A stretch of 64,000 nt of DNA from Candidatus Iainarchaeum sp. (GCA_026397015.1 JAPLVR010000001.1:21745-85744), one strand, 5' to 3'; shown: positions 9,665 to 20,811, numbered from the stretch's first letter. The notes: generated from the letters alone by a model not told the origin. Made by a program: numbers and translations.

Positions 9665-10372
9665 GTGGTTTCCTTGGACGTAGAAGATTATTCTGATTGG
9701 GCAGTTCAATATTATGATAGAAAAGTGTCTTCAATAATTAGGTCTTATTTGGTTTCAAAAAAAATAAAAACAATACTTGACTGCGGCTGCGGAGACGGAA
9801 ATTTTCTTTATGCTTTAAAATCAAAAAATCTTCTAAAAGGGAAGAAGGTCTATGCAATAGACTTGTCAAAAAGGAGATTGGAAATTGTAAAAAAGATTGA
9901 TGATGGAATAATTGCAAAAATTGATTCTGCTGAAGAGTTAAAGACAATTAAAAGCAGTTCAATTGATTTGGTTGTTTCAATGCAGGTGATAGAACATGTT
10001 AATGATAAAAAAATGGCTTTGCAGTTAAAAAGGGTTTTGAAAAAAAAAGGTTTGGCTTACATTTCAACCATATTCAAAAAAAAATATGCTTTCTGCCCTT
10101 TTGTGGCAGGAGGTAAAAGAGTAATTGATCCGACCCATTTAAGGGAATACGTTAAAGATAGGGAACTTCTTGGTCTTTTCAAAACTGAAGAATTTAAATT
10201 GATAAAACAAAGTAAAACTCCTTTAATGCATTCATTATTTTACCCTTTGTTTTTGTTTTTCTCGAAAGATAGGTTTCTTTTTGAAAAAAATTTGTTTGCA
10301 AAAAACCTCGATAGGATAAAAATTCCGTTTCCGCGGTTCTATATTTGGGAAGTGTTATTGCAAAAAAGGTGA
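9665..10372 (+). CDS. Class I SAM-dependent methyltransferase
   Basis: Motif I ILDCGCGDGNF and a Methyltransf_11-like layout. Confidence 0.75.
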   Translation: MVSLDVEDYSDWAVQYYDRKVSSIIRSYLVSKKIKTILDCGCGDGNFLYALKSKNLLKGKKVYAIDLSKRRLEIVKKIDDGIIAKIDSAEELKTIKSSSIDLVVSMQVIEHVNDKKMALQLKRVLKKKGLAYISTIFKKKYAFCPFVAGGKRVIDPTHLREYVKDRELLGLFKTEEFKLIKQSKTPLMHSLFYPLFLFFSKDRFLFEKNLFAKNLDRIKIPFPRFYIWEVLLQKR

Positions 10373-10462
10373 TTTGAATGGGATGTAAAGTTGTTTTTGA
10401 ATAAATTTTTTGAAAATTTTTTGGTTAAAAAGGTTTTTATATAAATAAAGCTTATTATTGTT

Positions 10463-11233
10463 ATGCCAAATTTCGTGGAAAAAGAGATTTTTTGGAAGCG
10501 CCCTAAGAGGGCGGGCGAAAAAGCCGGTTTTAACGAAAAAATTGCTGTTTCTGTTATCGTTCCTGCGATGAACGAGGAAAAGTTTATCGGGAAATGCCTT
10601 CAATCCCTTGCTAGCCAAACGATGCCGAGGGAAAATTATGAGATTATTGTTAGTGACAGCAGCAGCACTGACTCAACGGTAAAAATTGCCAAAAAATATG
10701 CGGACAAGGTTGTTATTTGCAGGAGGCAGTCCGCCGGGTACGGAAAGAACCGCGGCGCCAAGTATGCGGTCGGAAAAAACCTTTTGTTTATTGACGCAGA
10801 CACAATTGCGGACAAAAAGTGGGCGGAATCTGCAAATGAAGTTCTGCAAAGCACGATTGCATGCACCGGCCCAGTGAGAGCGCTTGAAGATGATTCGCTA
10901 AAACTAACAATCGCCTTTTTGTTCTGGCAGTGCCTTACAAGGGTAAGCGTTTTCTTCGGATTTGGTTTAATGCCCGGCCATAATATGGGTGTCAGAAAGA
11001 AAGCCTTTATGGAACTCAATGAGTTTATTGAAGACAACATAACCAACGAGGACAACGATTTTTCGAAAAGAATCCGCAAAAAAGGAAGGATAATTTATTC
11101 GAACGGCATGGCTGTAAGGACTTCTACAAGAAGGCTTAAAAAAATCTCGATAATAACTTATTTCCTGAACGGGGTAAAGTTTTTTCTTTTCGGCAAGAGC
11201 ATGACGTGGAACGATTTCAGGGATGATTATTGA
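10463..11233 (+). CDS. Family 2 glycosyltransferase
   Basis: VSVIVPAMNEEKFIGKCLQSLASQT and IDADT (DxD). Confidence 0.85.
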   Translation: MPNFVEKEIFWKRPKRAGEKAGFNEKIAVSVIVPAMNEEKFIGKCLQSLASQTMPRENYEIIVSDSSSTDSTVKIAKKYADKVVICRRQSAGYGKNRGAKYAVGKNLLFIDADTIADKKWAESANEVLQSTIACTGPVRALEDDSLKLTIAFLFWQCLTRVSVFFGFGLMPGHNMGVRKKAFMELNEFIEDNITNEDNDFSKRIRKKGRIIYSNGMAVRTSTRRLKKISIITYFLNGVKFFLFGKSMTWNDFRDDY

Positions 11234-11293
11234 AAATAAATTTTGACATGCGGCGAAGTTAATGTTGGGAAAAAGTTTGGCAAGGTGAATATT

Positions 11294-12295
11294 ATGACAA
11301 AAAAATTGAAAAGGAAAAAAGTTGCAGAAAGAATCGACAAGAAAGCAGGTGAAAAAAATGCCAAAAAGAAGTTTTCCCTTGTGAAAAGGCTGGGCGGCTT
11401 TGTCGAGCTTGCGAGGCCTGCCGAATGGGGCAAATCTTTGCTCAACATGATGGTTGCGATGCTCATGGCGTTTTATGCCTACAACGCGCAGGTAAGCCTT
11501 CAGGTATTTTTTGCAGGATTCATGTCAGTAGCGTTTCTCTGGTCCGGGCTTTATACGCTTAATGATTATACCGACCGAAAAATAGATTTCCTGCACAAGG
11601 TGAAAAAAAACAGGGCCATTCCGTCCGGCAGGGTTCCGCCAACTCAAGCGCTTCTATTCTCAATAATCCTTATTTTTGTTTCTTATTCAATTGCTTTCAG
11701 GTTTGACAACCTGCTTGTGGTATGCCTGACAATAATGGTAATCAATCAGCTGCTTTATACTGTCGAGCCTTTCCGCCTTAAATCGCGAAAAGTTTTTGAC
11801 ATAATTTCCGGCTCGATGATTAATCCGATTTTCAGATACGCTTCTGGGCTTGTGTTATTTGTTTCTCCAACAGCTCTTCTATCACAGCCGACGCCTATAC
11901 TTCCGCTGCTTTTTGTGATGGGGGTTCAAGTAAGCGGCTATACCCTTTACAGGCTTTTTTCAAAGAAGCACGACATAATGATAAAAATGAGGAGCACTGT
12001 TGCGCTTGTGCCGGAAAAATTAGTAAAACTTTATTCCTACATTTTGCTTTTCATTGCCTCCGCATCCTACATGATTCTTTTCATAAATTTTTTTACTTTC
12101 AAATCGGCGGCGCTCGGCTTTCTTCCGCCTCAATACCTTTTCCCAATACTGATTGTGTTGATATTCCTGCCGCTGATTAAGAATGCAATTCTTGATCCTG
12201 TGAAGGCGAACTTGAAGGACCAATACAGAATCCTTTACCTAATGAATATAATATTTATTTTTGGAAACATACTTGTATTTGTATTGGCGCCATAA
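11294..12295 (+). CDS. Second UbiA-family prenyltransferase
   Basis: LNDYTDRKIDFLHKVKKNRAIPSGRV, polytopic. Start at ATG 11294 behind AGGTGA. Confidence 0.8.
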   Translation: MTKKLKRKKVAERIDKKAGEKNAKKKFSLVKRLGGFVELARPAEWGKSLLNMMVAMLMAFYAYNAQVSLQVFFAGFMSVAFLWSGLYTLNDYTDRKIDFLHKVKKNRAIPSGRVPPTQALLFSIILIFVSYSIAFRFDNLLVVCLTIMVINQLLYTVEPFRLKSRKVFDIISGSMINPIFRYASGLVLFVSPTALLSQPTPILPLLFVMGVQVSGYTLYRLFSKKHDIMIKMRSTVALVPEKLVKLYSYILLFIASASYMILFINFFTFKSAALGFLPPQYLFPILIVLIFLPLIKNAILDPVKANLKDQYRILYLMNIIFIFGNILVFVLAP

Positions 12296-12342
12296 GAATA
12301 TTTATGTGAAAAAATTTGCAGTGAAACAATGAAGGTAATTTT

Positions 12343-12834
12343 ATGAGAAATCTTACAGTGATAAAAGTCGAACCCGGAAAAAGTTCGGCCGGGTGGACGA
12401 AAGTGAAATCAAAGTTAAGAGTCCTCTTTAATTGGTGCCTTTTACATTTCGGGGAAATTATTCCATTTACTCAAAAAAAGCAGTTCTTTTACAGGTGCAT
12501 GGGGGTAAGGATTGGGAAAAATGTTGAGATAATGCCGAATATTGCTCTCGACATTTTTTTCCCCGAAATGACTGAAATCGGCGACGGCACAGTAATCGGA
12601 ATCAGTTGTTTCCTTACCTGCCACGAATTTAACCCTGGCGAGTTCCGCTACGGCCCAATAAAAATCGGGAAAAATGTTTTAATCGGCGCACGCTCCTTCA
12701 TTCTTCCAGGGGTAACAATCGGCGACGGCGCGATGGTGAGTGCCCAAACCGTTATTTACAAAGACGTTCCCTCAAATGTTTTGGCCTTTGGGAGCCCACT
12801 CGTTTTCAAAGAGCTTGGAAAAAAGAAAAAATAA
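12343..12834 (+). CDS. Hexapeptide-repeat (left-handed beta-helix) acyl/acetyltransferase
   Basis: Repeated [LIV]G-x4 hexapeptides: IGDGTVIG, IGKNVLIGARSFILPGVTIGDGAMV. Confidence 0.8.
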   Translation: MRNLTVIKVEPGKSSAGWTKVKSKLRVLFNWCLLHFGEIIPFTQKKQFFYRCMGVRIGKNVEIMPNIALDIFFPEMTEIGDGTVIGISCFLTCHEFNPGEFRYGPIKIGKNVLIGARSFILPGVTIGDGAMVSAQTVIYKDVPSNVLAFGSPLVFKELGKKKK

Positions 12835-13045
12835 TTTTAGTGAGGAAATGGGTCTGCTGAAAAGGTGATTTTAATAAAAAAATGATTTTGATGAAAAAGT
12901 CTTCTTCGCGAAAATAATGGGGGTTTCTCTCGTGAAATATGTTCTGAATGGGGCGGCGTTTGTGCTTTTCGGCAGGAAAAGAAAATGGGGCGAACACAGG
13001 AAAGAATTTAAAGCAGGTGCAAAATAATATCTCTTGGTGTTTTGA

Positions 13046-13180
13046 ATGTACGAGGATTTGGCGGTTGATTATTTCAGAGGCCTTTCATCCGGCGAAAAGA
13101 AAAAACTGATTAAAAAAATTTTTGATTCGCTCACGGAAAAGGAAAAGCTTGAGATCGCGAAAATGCTGGTGAAGGGATAA
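13046..13180 (+). CDS. 44-aa small ORF translationally coupled to the deaminase gene
   Basis: MYEDLAVDYFRGLSSGEKKKLIKKIFDSLTEKEKLEIAKMLVKG. Its TAA overlaps the ATG at 13180 (TAATG). Confidence 0.25.
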   Translation: MYEDLAVDYFRGLSSGEKKKLIKKIFDSLTEKEKLEIAKMLVKG

Positions 13181-13665
13181 TGAAAAAATCGGAAAAGCAC
13201 GGCGAAAAATTTATGCTTCTTGCAATAAGAGAGGCAAGAAAAGGGATTCGAAAAAAAGAAGGCGGGCCCTTTGGTGCCTGCATTATTCGCGGCGGAAAAG
13301 TTGTTGCGTATGCGCACAATGAAGTCCTTTTGGACCATTGCGTGGTGAGCCACGCGGAAATTAAGGCGATAACAAAAGCGAGTAGAAAACTAAAAAAATG
13401 GGATTTAAGCGGCTGCGAAATTTATTCAACAACGGAGCCGTGCACAATGTGCTTTTCCGCAATCCACTGGGCGAGAATAGAAAAAGTTTATTTCGGAACG
13501 ACCATTAAAGATGCGAAAAAAATAGGGTTCAACGAAATGATGATTCCTGATGAAAAAATGAAAAAAATTGGAAAAAGCAGCGTTAAAATAATCGAGGGAG
13601 TTTTGCGCGAAGAATGCCTCGCGCTCTTTTCAGAATGGAAGAAAGCGAGGGGCAAAAAATACTAG
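13180..13665 (+). CDS. CMP/dCMP-type zinc deaminase (TadA / guanine deaminase-like)
   Basis: HAE...(x)...PCTMC zinc-binding motifs (SHAEIKAI, TTEPCTMCFSAI). Confidence 0.85.
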   Translation: MKKSEKHGEKFMLLAIREARKGIRKKEGGPFGACIIRGGKVVAYAHNEVLLDHCVVSHAEIKAITKASRKLKKWDLSGCEIYSTTEPCTMCFSAIHWARIEKVYFGTTIKDAKKIGFNEMMIPDEKMKKIGKSSVKIIEGVLREECLALFSEWKKARGKKY

Positions 13666-13728
13666 TTTTTTCGGTCGAAGCTTTGGTTTATAAATGCTTT
13701 TGAAATAAGTTTTTTGAAAGGTGCATTG

Positions 13729-13860
13729 ATGTCTAAGCGGGCGAAAGATACCAGCAGATTCAAGAAGACAAGGTCAAGGGAACGCTGGAAATGGAAAAAG
13801 AAAAAAATGCGCAGAAAGAAGCGCAAAAAGCGCTATTTGAGGCAAAGGGCAAGGACATAA
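13729..13860 (+). CDS. rpl41e: Ribosomal protein L41e-like, 43 aa
   Basis: Hand translation gives MSKRAKDTSRFKKTRSRERWKWKKKKMRRKKRKKRYLRQRART. The C-terminal half matches the L41e pattern (W/K-K-K-K-R-M-R-R-L-K-R-K-R-R). A TATA-like TTTATAAAT lies ~35 nt upstream. Too short for the ORF track. Confidence 0.55.
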   Translation: MSKRAKDTSRFKKTRSRERWKWKKKKMRRKKRKKRYLRQRART

Positions 13861-13905
13861 ACCGGCAGGGCATGAGCCGGCGGGCATAACTTTTTTGTTC
13901 CTAAT

Positions 13906-14820
13906 TCAGGGAAGGATTTCTTTCTCTTTTACGTGATAGCACCCCGGATAGGCTACTGCAATTCCCGCGGCCCTGTTAGCCAGCCTTATCGCCTCACGCA
14001 GTTCAAGCCCTTTGCTGTAGAAATGGGCAAAAGTAGCTACGACTGTATCGCCCGCACCGGTAACGTCAAAAACCTTTTTCGCTTCCGTTCCGATTGCGAA
14101 GGGCTTTTTTCCCTTTTCAAAATAAGCAACGCCTTCCTTTCCCCTCTTCAACAGGATTCTTGTGTTCAGGCGCTTCTGCAGAAATTTCGCCGCTTCGAAA
14201 TCATCTTCCTTTTTTGACATTTCCAGCGCCTCTTTGGTGTTAGGGGTTACAAGAAAAACGTTTTTGTAAAATGAGATGTGCGCCGGCTTCGGGTCGACAA
14301 TAATCGGAATTCCCTTCGCCTTCAATTTTTTCATGAGCTTTTCGGAAACCGTCCCCTTGTTGTAGTCCGAGACGATTATTATCGCGCAGTTTCCTATCTG
14401 TTTCATTATTTTTGAAACATAATCAACTTTCACTCCGTTTCCCTGCTCAATGTCTTTTCTGAAGTGATACCTGCCGTCAGCCTTCGACATGGTTCTTTCC
14501 TTTACTATTGTTTTTCTTTTTTTGTCTTCAATTATAAAAAATTTTATTCCCAGCTTTGCGAGCGCCCTCTTTAGTATTTTTGCATTATCATCCTTTCCAA
14601 TTACCCCTATCAGCTTCGTTTCCGCGCCCAGCGATTTCAAATTCGCTGCAACGTTTCCGGCACCGCCCGGAAGGTAAACCGTTTCCTGAACTGTGTAGGA
14701 GGGCGCCGAGCTTTCCGGATTGTCCCTGTTGGTGCAGTAATCGTATTTGTCGAGCAGTACATCCCCCACCACAACGATTCTTTTTTTTTCCTCGGCGGCT
14801 GTTTTTTCGGCCCTTCCCAT
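13906..14820 (-). CDS. PfkB-family sugar kinase (RfaE domain-I-like)
   Basis: VVVGDVLLDKY, GGAGNVA, DVTGAGDT. Start at ATG 14820, with TTTATATA ~25 nt upstream. Confidence 0.8.
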   Translation of the reverse strand: MGRAEKTAAEEKKRIVVVGDVLLDKYDYCTNRDNPESSAPSYTVQETVYLPGGAGNVAANLKSLGAETKLIGVIGKDDNAKILKRALAKLGIKFFIIEDKKRKTIVKERTMSKADGRYHFRKDIEQGNGVKVDYVSKIMKQIGNCAIIIVSDYNKGTVSEKLMKKLKAKGIPIIVDPKPAHISFYKNVFLVTPNTKEALEMSKKEDDFEAAKFLQKRLNTRILLKRGKEGVAYFEKGKKPFAIGTEAKKVFDVTGAGDTVVATFAHFYSKGLELREAIRLANRAAGIAVAYPGCYHVKEKEILP

Positions 14821-14891
14821 AAGCCAAGATGGGGATTTAATTGGTATATAAATTTGTGCGTACAATTTTCGATTTTGCAGCCGCGGCAAGT

Positions 14892-15497
14892 TCATTTCAG
14901 CCTGACGAAAACGAACGAACCGATTTCAAAAAGCTTCTTTTTTTCGCTGTTGAAAACCGTTATGTTCTGCGAGAAATCCCCAACAGGGGCGACAATTTTT
15001 CCGTCTCCGGCAAGCTGGCCGAACAGTTCGGCCGGAATTTCATCAACCGCGGCGCTGATTAGAATCCTGTCAAACGGCGCCTCTTCCTTCATTCCTTTTT
15101 TTCCGTCGCCCGCTCCAACTTTTGCGTCAATTTCAAGCCCTTTCAGCGTCCCCTTGCTGATTTCCACAAGCGATTTATTGACATCAATTCCGAAAACTTT
15201 TCTTTTTGTGATTTTGCTTATCAGCGCGAGCACATATCCCGAGCCGGAACCTATCTCAAGAACTTTCTGTCCTTCTTCCAAGTCAAGAAGTTCGAGCATC
15301 ACTGCGATTGTGCTCGGCTGCGAAATAGTGGAGCCGTCGCACAGCGGAAACGCGGAATCTTCAAAAGCAAATTCCTGCATGTCGTGGCGGAAGAACTTTT
15401 CCCTCGGCACCGAACGAAAAGCAGTTTCGAGCGCTTTGCTTTTTATCGCGCCGTTCTTAACCAGCAAATCGGCCATTCTTTCAAGGCTGTATGCCAT
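14892..15497 (-). CDS. pcm: Protein-L-isoaspartate O-methyltransferase
   Basis: ISQPSTIAVMLELL and VLEIGSGSGY motifs. Confidence 0.9.
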   Translation of the reverse strand: MAYSLERMADLLVKNGAIKSKALETAFRSVPREKFFRHDMQEFAFEDSAFPLCDGSTISQPSTIAVMLELLDLEEGQKVLEIGSGSGYVLALISKITKRKVFGIDVNKSLVEISKGTLKGLEIDAKVGAGDGKKGMKEEAPFDRILISAAVDEIPAELFGQLAGDGKIVAPVGDFSQNITVFNSEKKKLFEIGSFVFVRLK

Positions 15498-15539
15498 AAT
15501 TAAAGTTAAAGAAGGAAAATTAAATTAAGATGAGCGGTT

Positions 15540-15701
15540 TTACCTGCGTTTTGCAAGCTTCTTGAGTTTCAGTACCTTTGACTTTTTGCCCTTTTTGCTC
15601 GGGCGCCTGCTGTGCTTTTTCGCAGACCCGCGCTTTTTCTTCGCACGCTTTGAAATTTTTTTCACTTTTCTCTTTGCTTTTTTTTTAACCATTTTTTTCA
15701 T
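15540..15701 (-). CDS. 53-aa lysine-rich basic protein
   Basis: MKKMVKKKAKRKVKKISKRAKKKRGSAKKHSRRPSKKGKKSKVLKLKKLAKRR. The extreme composition means it could be non-coding. Confidence 0.35.
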   Translation of the reverse strand: MKKMVKKKAKRKVKKISKRAKKKRGSAKKHSRRPSKKGKKSKVLKLKKLAKRR

Positions 15702-16096
15702 TCTCCAAAAAAAGAAATTAGCTGGCATCTGGACTCGGTGGAAGAGTGCCTCAAGCAATCGTCGAAATCGAACTTCACCTATCAACTTGCTATAAAGGTG
15801 ATCTCCTCCGCTCCAAAAGCCGACTTAACAGCAGCAGGTCTCGCACAGAGAGTTATAGTCCAGTCTCTGCACCAGTGGTCGAGCAACTGTAAGAGGTGGT
15901 CTTTGACGCATCCTTTTCAGAACAACCGATTTGTCCTAGCCAGCTGTATATTATGCTGCTTACGAAGTATAAATATGTTTCTGTTGCAAACCGAAACTTT
16001 TGCGCGTGAAGAAGTTTTTTTGGTTTTTGGCCCCGGTTTCCACAATTGACGAGTTTATGAAAAGCCTTTTAAACAAATATAGCGGGCTATATAATT

Positions 16097-16309
16097 ATGG
16101 CTACCATAAGCGCAGATGTGACTTCGCAGATGATTAAATGGGCGGATGTGCAGGTCAGGAAGGGCCTTTACAAGAGCAGGAGCGAAGTAATAAGGGAAAT
16201 GTTCAGGGATAAAATGGTTAAGGAAAACTATTCTCTTCTTGCGGAAAAAGCCTTTGCTGACGCGTGGAAGAATGAGGATGATTCGTATTGGAATAAATAT
16301 TTGAAGTGA
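16097..16309 (+). CDS. Antitoxin (RHH/CopG-like) of a MazF-type module
   Basis: Lies 7 nt upstream of the toxin gene. LYKSRSEVIREMF is RHH-like. It ends in the motif AWKNEDDSYW. Confidence 0.6.
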   Translation: MATISADVTSQMIKWADVQVRKGLYKSRSEVIREMFRDKMVKENYSLLAEKAFADAWKNEDDSYWNKYLK

Positions 16310-16315
16310 TTCTTT

Positions 16316-16633
16316 TTGGAGCAGGGCGAAATCTACCTAGTAAAGTTTCCATTTTCCAGTATGGTTGATTATAAAATACGGCCGGCGCTTGTTGTCTCAA
16401 ACAATTTTTTCAATAAGAAATTTGATGCGTGGTTTTGCCCCGTAACGACAAGCAAAATGGAAGAATGCGTTCCGCTTGAAAGCGGGTTTGCTGGAGGTGA
16501 ACTGGACAGGGAAAGCTTTGCAAAAACGAATGTAATAACGACGATTGAGAATGTTTTGTTGCTCAAAAAAATCGGAAAATTGAAAAAGGAAAAAGTTTTG
16601 GAAATAGTTAAAAGGATTGAGGCAAATTTTTAG
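16316..16633 (+). CDS. PemK/MazF-family toxin
   Basis: GEIYLVKFPF....IRPALVVS is a typical MazF N-terminus. Confidence 0.75.
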   Translation: MEQGEIYLVKFPFSSMVDYKIRPALVVSNNFFNKKFDAWFCPVTTSKMEECVPLESGFAGGELDRESFAKTNVITTIENVLLLKKIGKLKKEKVLEIVKRIEANF

Positions 16634-16709
16634 CGACAGGTGCCCGCTTTTTCTCTTCATACAAAGGTTTTTATTCTTCTGAACTGAGTGTTTTATTGGT
16701 TGGTTTAAG

Positions 16710-17054
16710 ATGGGCGGAATAACCAGAAGAACGGTCAAAATAGGAGTTGCGTCCGGAAGGAAAATTATTTTTTCCCCTGTTATTGGGCACGAAATTCGTA
16801 AGGCTCTTAATCCGAAAAGAATTGTCAGGCAGATTAATGAAAGAACCGGCCGTGCTTGGACAATAATGGATCCCAGTATTTCTGAACTTCAATTAAGGCT
16901 TGCAATAGGAAACCCTTTTGGTGCAAAGGCGATGGTGAAAGCGAATGAAGAATTTTACGCCAGAATACCAAATGGGTTTTTTGTTAAAGGATTTGTATCC
17001 TTTGCAGAATATAACGCCAGATTGCTCGAACTTTCAAAAAAAAAAGCGCGTTAA
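16710..17054 (+). CDS. Hypothetical protein
   Basis: 114-aa ORF with protein-like composition and no recognised motif. Confidence 0.4.
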   Translation: MGGITRRTVKIGVASGRKIIFSPVIGHEIRKALNPKRIVRQINERTGRAWTIMDPSISELQLRLAIGNPFGAKAMVKANEEFYARIPNGFFVKGFVSFAEYNARLLELSKKKAR

Positions 17055-17141
17055 ATAGTTGAACCGCTTTGAGACCGTGCGCGAAAGACGAAAAGACGAT
17101 TTTCCGAAACCTTTCTAGAAAAATAGTTTTTATTTTTGAAC

Positions 17142-17783
17142 CTATTTTCTGCGGATGTGGGCGGCAACGCCGTCCCTTATTTCTTTTCTCATGCCCCTCA
17201 TTGTTTCCAGTGTGGCTCTGGTTTTGTATTTGCTTTGCTTTCTCATGCCGGAATATTTTGAAAGATAAGCCCTCCTGGCGTTCCAGAAATAGGGTATCTC
17301 CTTGTATTTTCCAACAAAATTAAGCCGTCTATACTTGTACCAGGGCAAGTTCTTTTTCATGACAGCTGTTTTTATTTTTCTGAATCCGAGCATTCTAAGG
17401 GCTTCCTTGAGGTTTCTAATAGTTCTTCCGGTTTGAACATATTCTTCCAAAACAAGCACCCTCTCCTTTTCAGGATTTGCCGTATGCAGCTTGGCGTTTA
17501 TTATTCCAGCGAGCTCTTTTGCAGAATATGCCCTCGTCTGAAAAAAGGTCGTCGCAACAGCCGTAAATCTGGGCAGCTCTTCCCCGTATTTTGCCCTCCA
17601 AATGTGCTTTACGGCGTAAGCAAGCGGCTGGGCACCCGAGCCTCCGACAATTATTCTGCTTATCTTTTCGGAGCGTATGTAAGCGGTCATTTTTTCCGCC
17701 GTGTTTATGAATTCTTTGACGCGCTCAGCATCGCCGCCGATTTTGTGTTCCGATTCCGTTCCGCGTTCATCAGATTGAACCAT
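17142..17783 (-). CDS. Phosphoribosyltransferase-fold protein
   Basis: RVLVLEEYVQTGRTIRNL resembles a PRPP loop. Confidence 0.5.
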   Translation of the reverse strand: MVQSDERGTESEHKIGGDAERVKEFINTAEKMTAYIRSEKISRIIVGGSGAQPLAYAVKHIWRAKYGEELPRFTAVATTFFQTRAYSAKELAGIINAKLHTANPEKERVLVLEEYVQTGRTIRNLKEALRMLGFRKIKTAVMKKNLPWYKYRRLNFVGKYKEIPYFWNARRAYLSKYSGMRKQSKYKTRATLETMRGMRKEIRDGVAAHIRRK

Positions 17784-18157
17784 GCAAATAATGTGAACCG
17801 AAGTGTTTTATTAATCTACAGACCAACCGCTGTTTTCATTAATCTACAACGCCGGTTTCGCCGAAACCTTTTTAAAGGTTGAACGCACAATTAGATACAG
17901 CAATTCCAGTTGCCTGGTGGCGCGGATTGCAAGAGTTTAATTGAGTAAAAGGTTTCGACTTTTTGCTTCAAGTTCTCGAGTTGAACACCCAGACCTCGGG
18001 TTTGGATTCTACGCAATAAATGGTTTTCCTGCGGAACGCTTGGCGTTTCTGTTGAGAAATTCCATATGTGAGCACCAAAGTTTTTTTGGTGTGATGTTGG
18101 TTAGTGAATTGATAGTAGTGATTGTCAAATATCAATTCCATGAATGTTTCCAAATCA

Positions 18158-18191
18158 CAGCCTTTTTTTCGAAAAAAGGCTGGCGAAAAAA
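18158..18191 (+). repeat. Hairpin element copy 1: CAGCC-T7-CG-A6-GGCTG-GCGAAAAAA, ~70 nt upstream of 16S
   Basis: Read directly. It is near-identical to the copy at 20059-20092. Confidence 0.8.
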
Positions 18192-18261
18192 TTACGGAGA
18201 AATCCGTGAAAAGTTTGCCGGCATTTTTTGGGAGGATGGCTAATTATATGAGTAATGTGAA

Positions 18262-19745
<1,484 letters not shown>

Positions 19746-19983
19746 ATAAAAAAAATAAAAAGACAACATTGCTTCTTTACACTAACCAACTTATATTTTT
19801 TTACCTGCGAAGCGGGTGAAGAAATTGATTGGATTCAATGGTTTGACCAGCGGTGCAGGCGCGGTTTTCTTGCATTGCAGGAAAGCCGTTGCGAAGTCCT
19901 GAGCGCGGAGAGTTGAATTTGCGAAGCTCGCTTTGTCGAGCAGCAGCGAAGACAATGCTTTTCGCGAACCTTAACAAGGTTCA

Positions 19984-20056
19984 GGGCCTGTAGCTCAGTT
20001 GGTAGAGCGTCCGCCTTGCACGCGGAAGGTCGAGGGTTCGATTCCCCCCGGGTCCA
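19984..20056 (+). tRNA. tRNA-Ala(UGC)
   Basis: Full cloverleaf with G3:U70, anticodon loop CTTGCAC and T loop TTCGATT. No encoded CCA. Confidence 0.95.
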
Positions 20057-20058
20057 CT

Positions 20059-20092
20059 CAGCCTTTTTTCGAAAAAAAGGCTGGCGAAAAAA
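20059..20092 (+). repeat. Hairpin element copy 2, 2 nt after the tRNA-Ala 3' end
   Basis: CAGCCTTTTTTCGAAAAAAAGGCTGGCGAAAAAA. Confidence 0.8.
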
Positions 20093-20205
20093 CTCGCAAA
20101 AAAAAAAATTTGCGAGAACGAAAAAGTTTGCGAGAAATGGCGGCATAAAAAATTTTTCGCAAATGGTTTCGTAAAAAAGTTAAAGAATTTGAAGGTGTAA
20201 AAAAG

Positions 20206-20580
20206 ATGGCAAGAAAAGCGAAAGTAGAGTGGAATATAGAGGGGCTGACAATTGCGCAACGTCGGGCGCTTGGCATAGAAGGACTAACCCATGCACAAGT
20301 AAGGCGATTGGGAATAATAGGAATGACTCCTATTGAAGCTCAAAATCACATACTTAGCGAGTTGGCAAGCTTTAGTCGGCAATGGAATTTAGATTTACGC
20401 CCAGAGGAAAAGATAAAAAAATATTTGGAATATAAGGAAAAGGAAATTATGAAAATGCGAGCTGAGGGACGAAGTACAGAGCGCGGTAGTCGTTATCGTC
20501 GGCCTAGGAGCAAGGCACAATTAATACAACTGGTAAAAAAAACAAGAAGTGTACAGAGAGGAAAGTTAAGGCCCAGGTGA
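20206..20580 (+). CDS. 124-aa basic ORF inside the tRNA-Ala/23S spacer
   Basis: GAAGGTG lies 8 nt upstream of the ATG. Internal repeat GLTIAQRRALGIEGLTHAQVRRLGIIGMTPIEAQ. No known motif. Confidence 0.35.
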   Translation: MARKAKVEWNIEGLTIAQRRALGIEGLTHAQVRRLGIIGMTPIEAQNHILSELASFSRQWNLDLRPEEKIKKYLEYKEKEIMKMRAEGRSTERGSRYRRPRSKAQLIQLVKKTRSVQRGKLRPR

Positions 20581-20811
20581 GGAAAAAATTTTCCTCATTA
20601 GTTAAAAATTTACGCTTATCATAAAATGATAGGAATTTGCAGGAATGAAAATTTCTGCAAGTTGGGATTGCCTGCTTCGGCGGGCAAGATACCATTATTT
20701 TTGTGGTGTCTCCCATTCCGAGTTTTTTCGGGATGGAAGTTAGTAATATAATTTGGGAATTTTTTTCCGCAAAAGAAATTTTGCAGAAAGAAGTTTTCGA
20801 GTTGTGTTGCT

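Noticed and set aside
14854-15528. 224-aa plus-strand ORF.
   Set aside because: It is antisense to pcm, which has unmistakable methyltransferase motifs, and its translation is low-complexity and Ser/Phe-rich.
16741-16770. GTCCGGAAGGAA string resembling the SRP RNA helix-8 tetraloop region.
   Set aside because: The downstream sequence lacks the conserved AGCA and pairing partner, and the region lies in a protein-like 114-aa ORF. It is probably coincidental.
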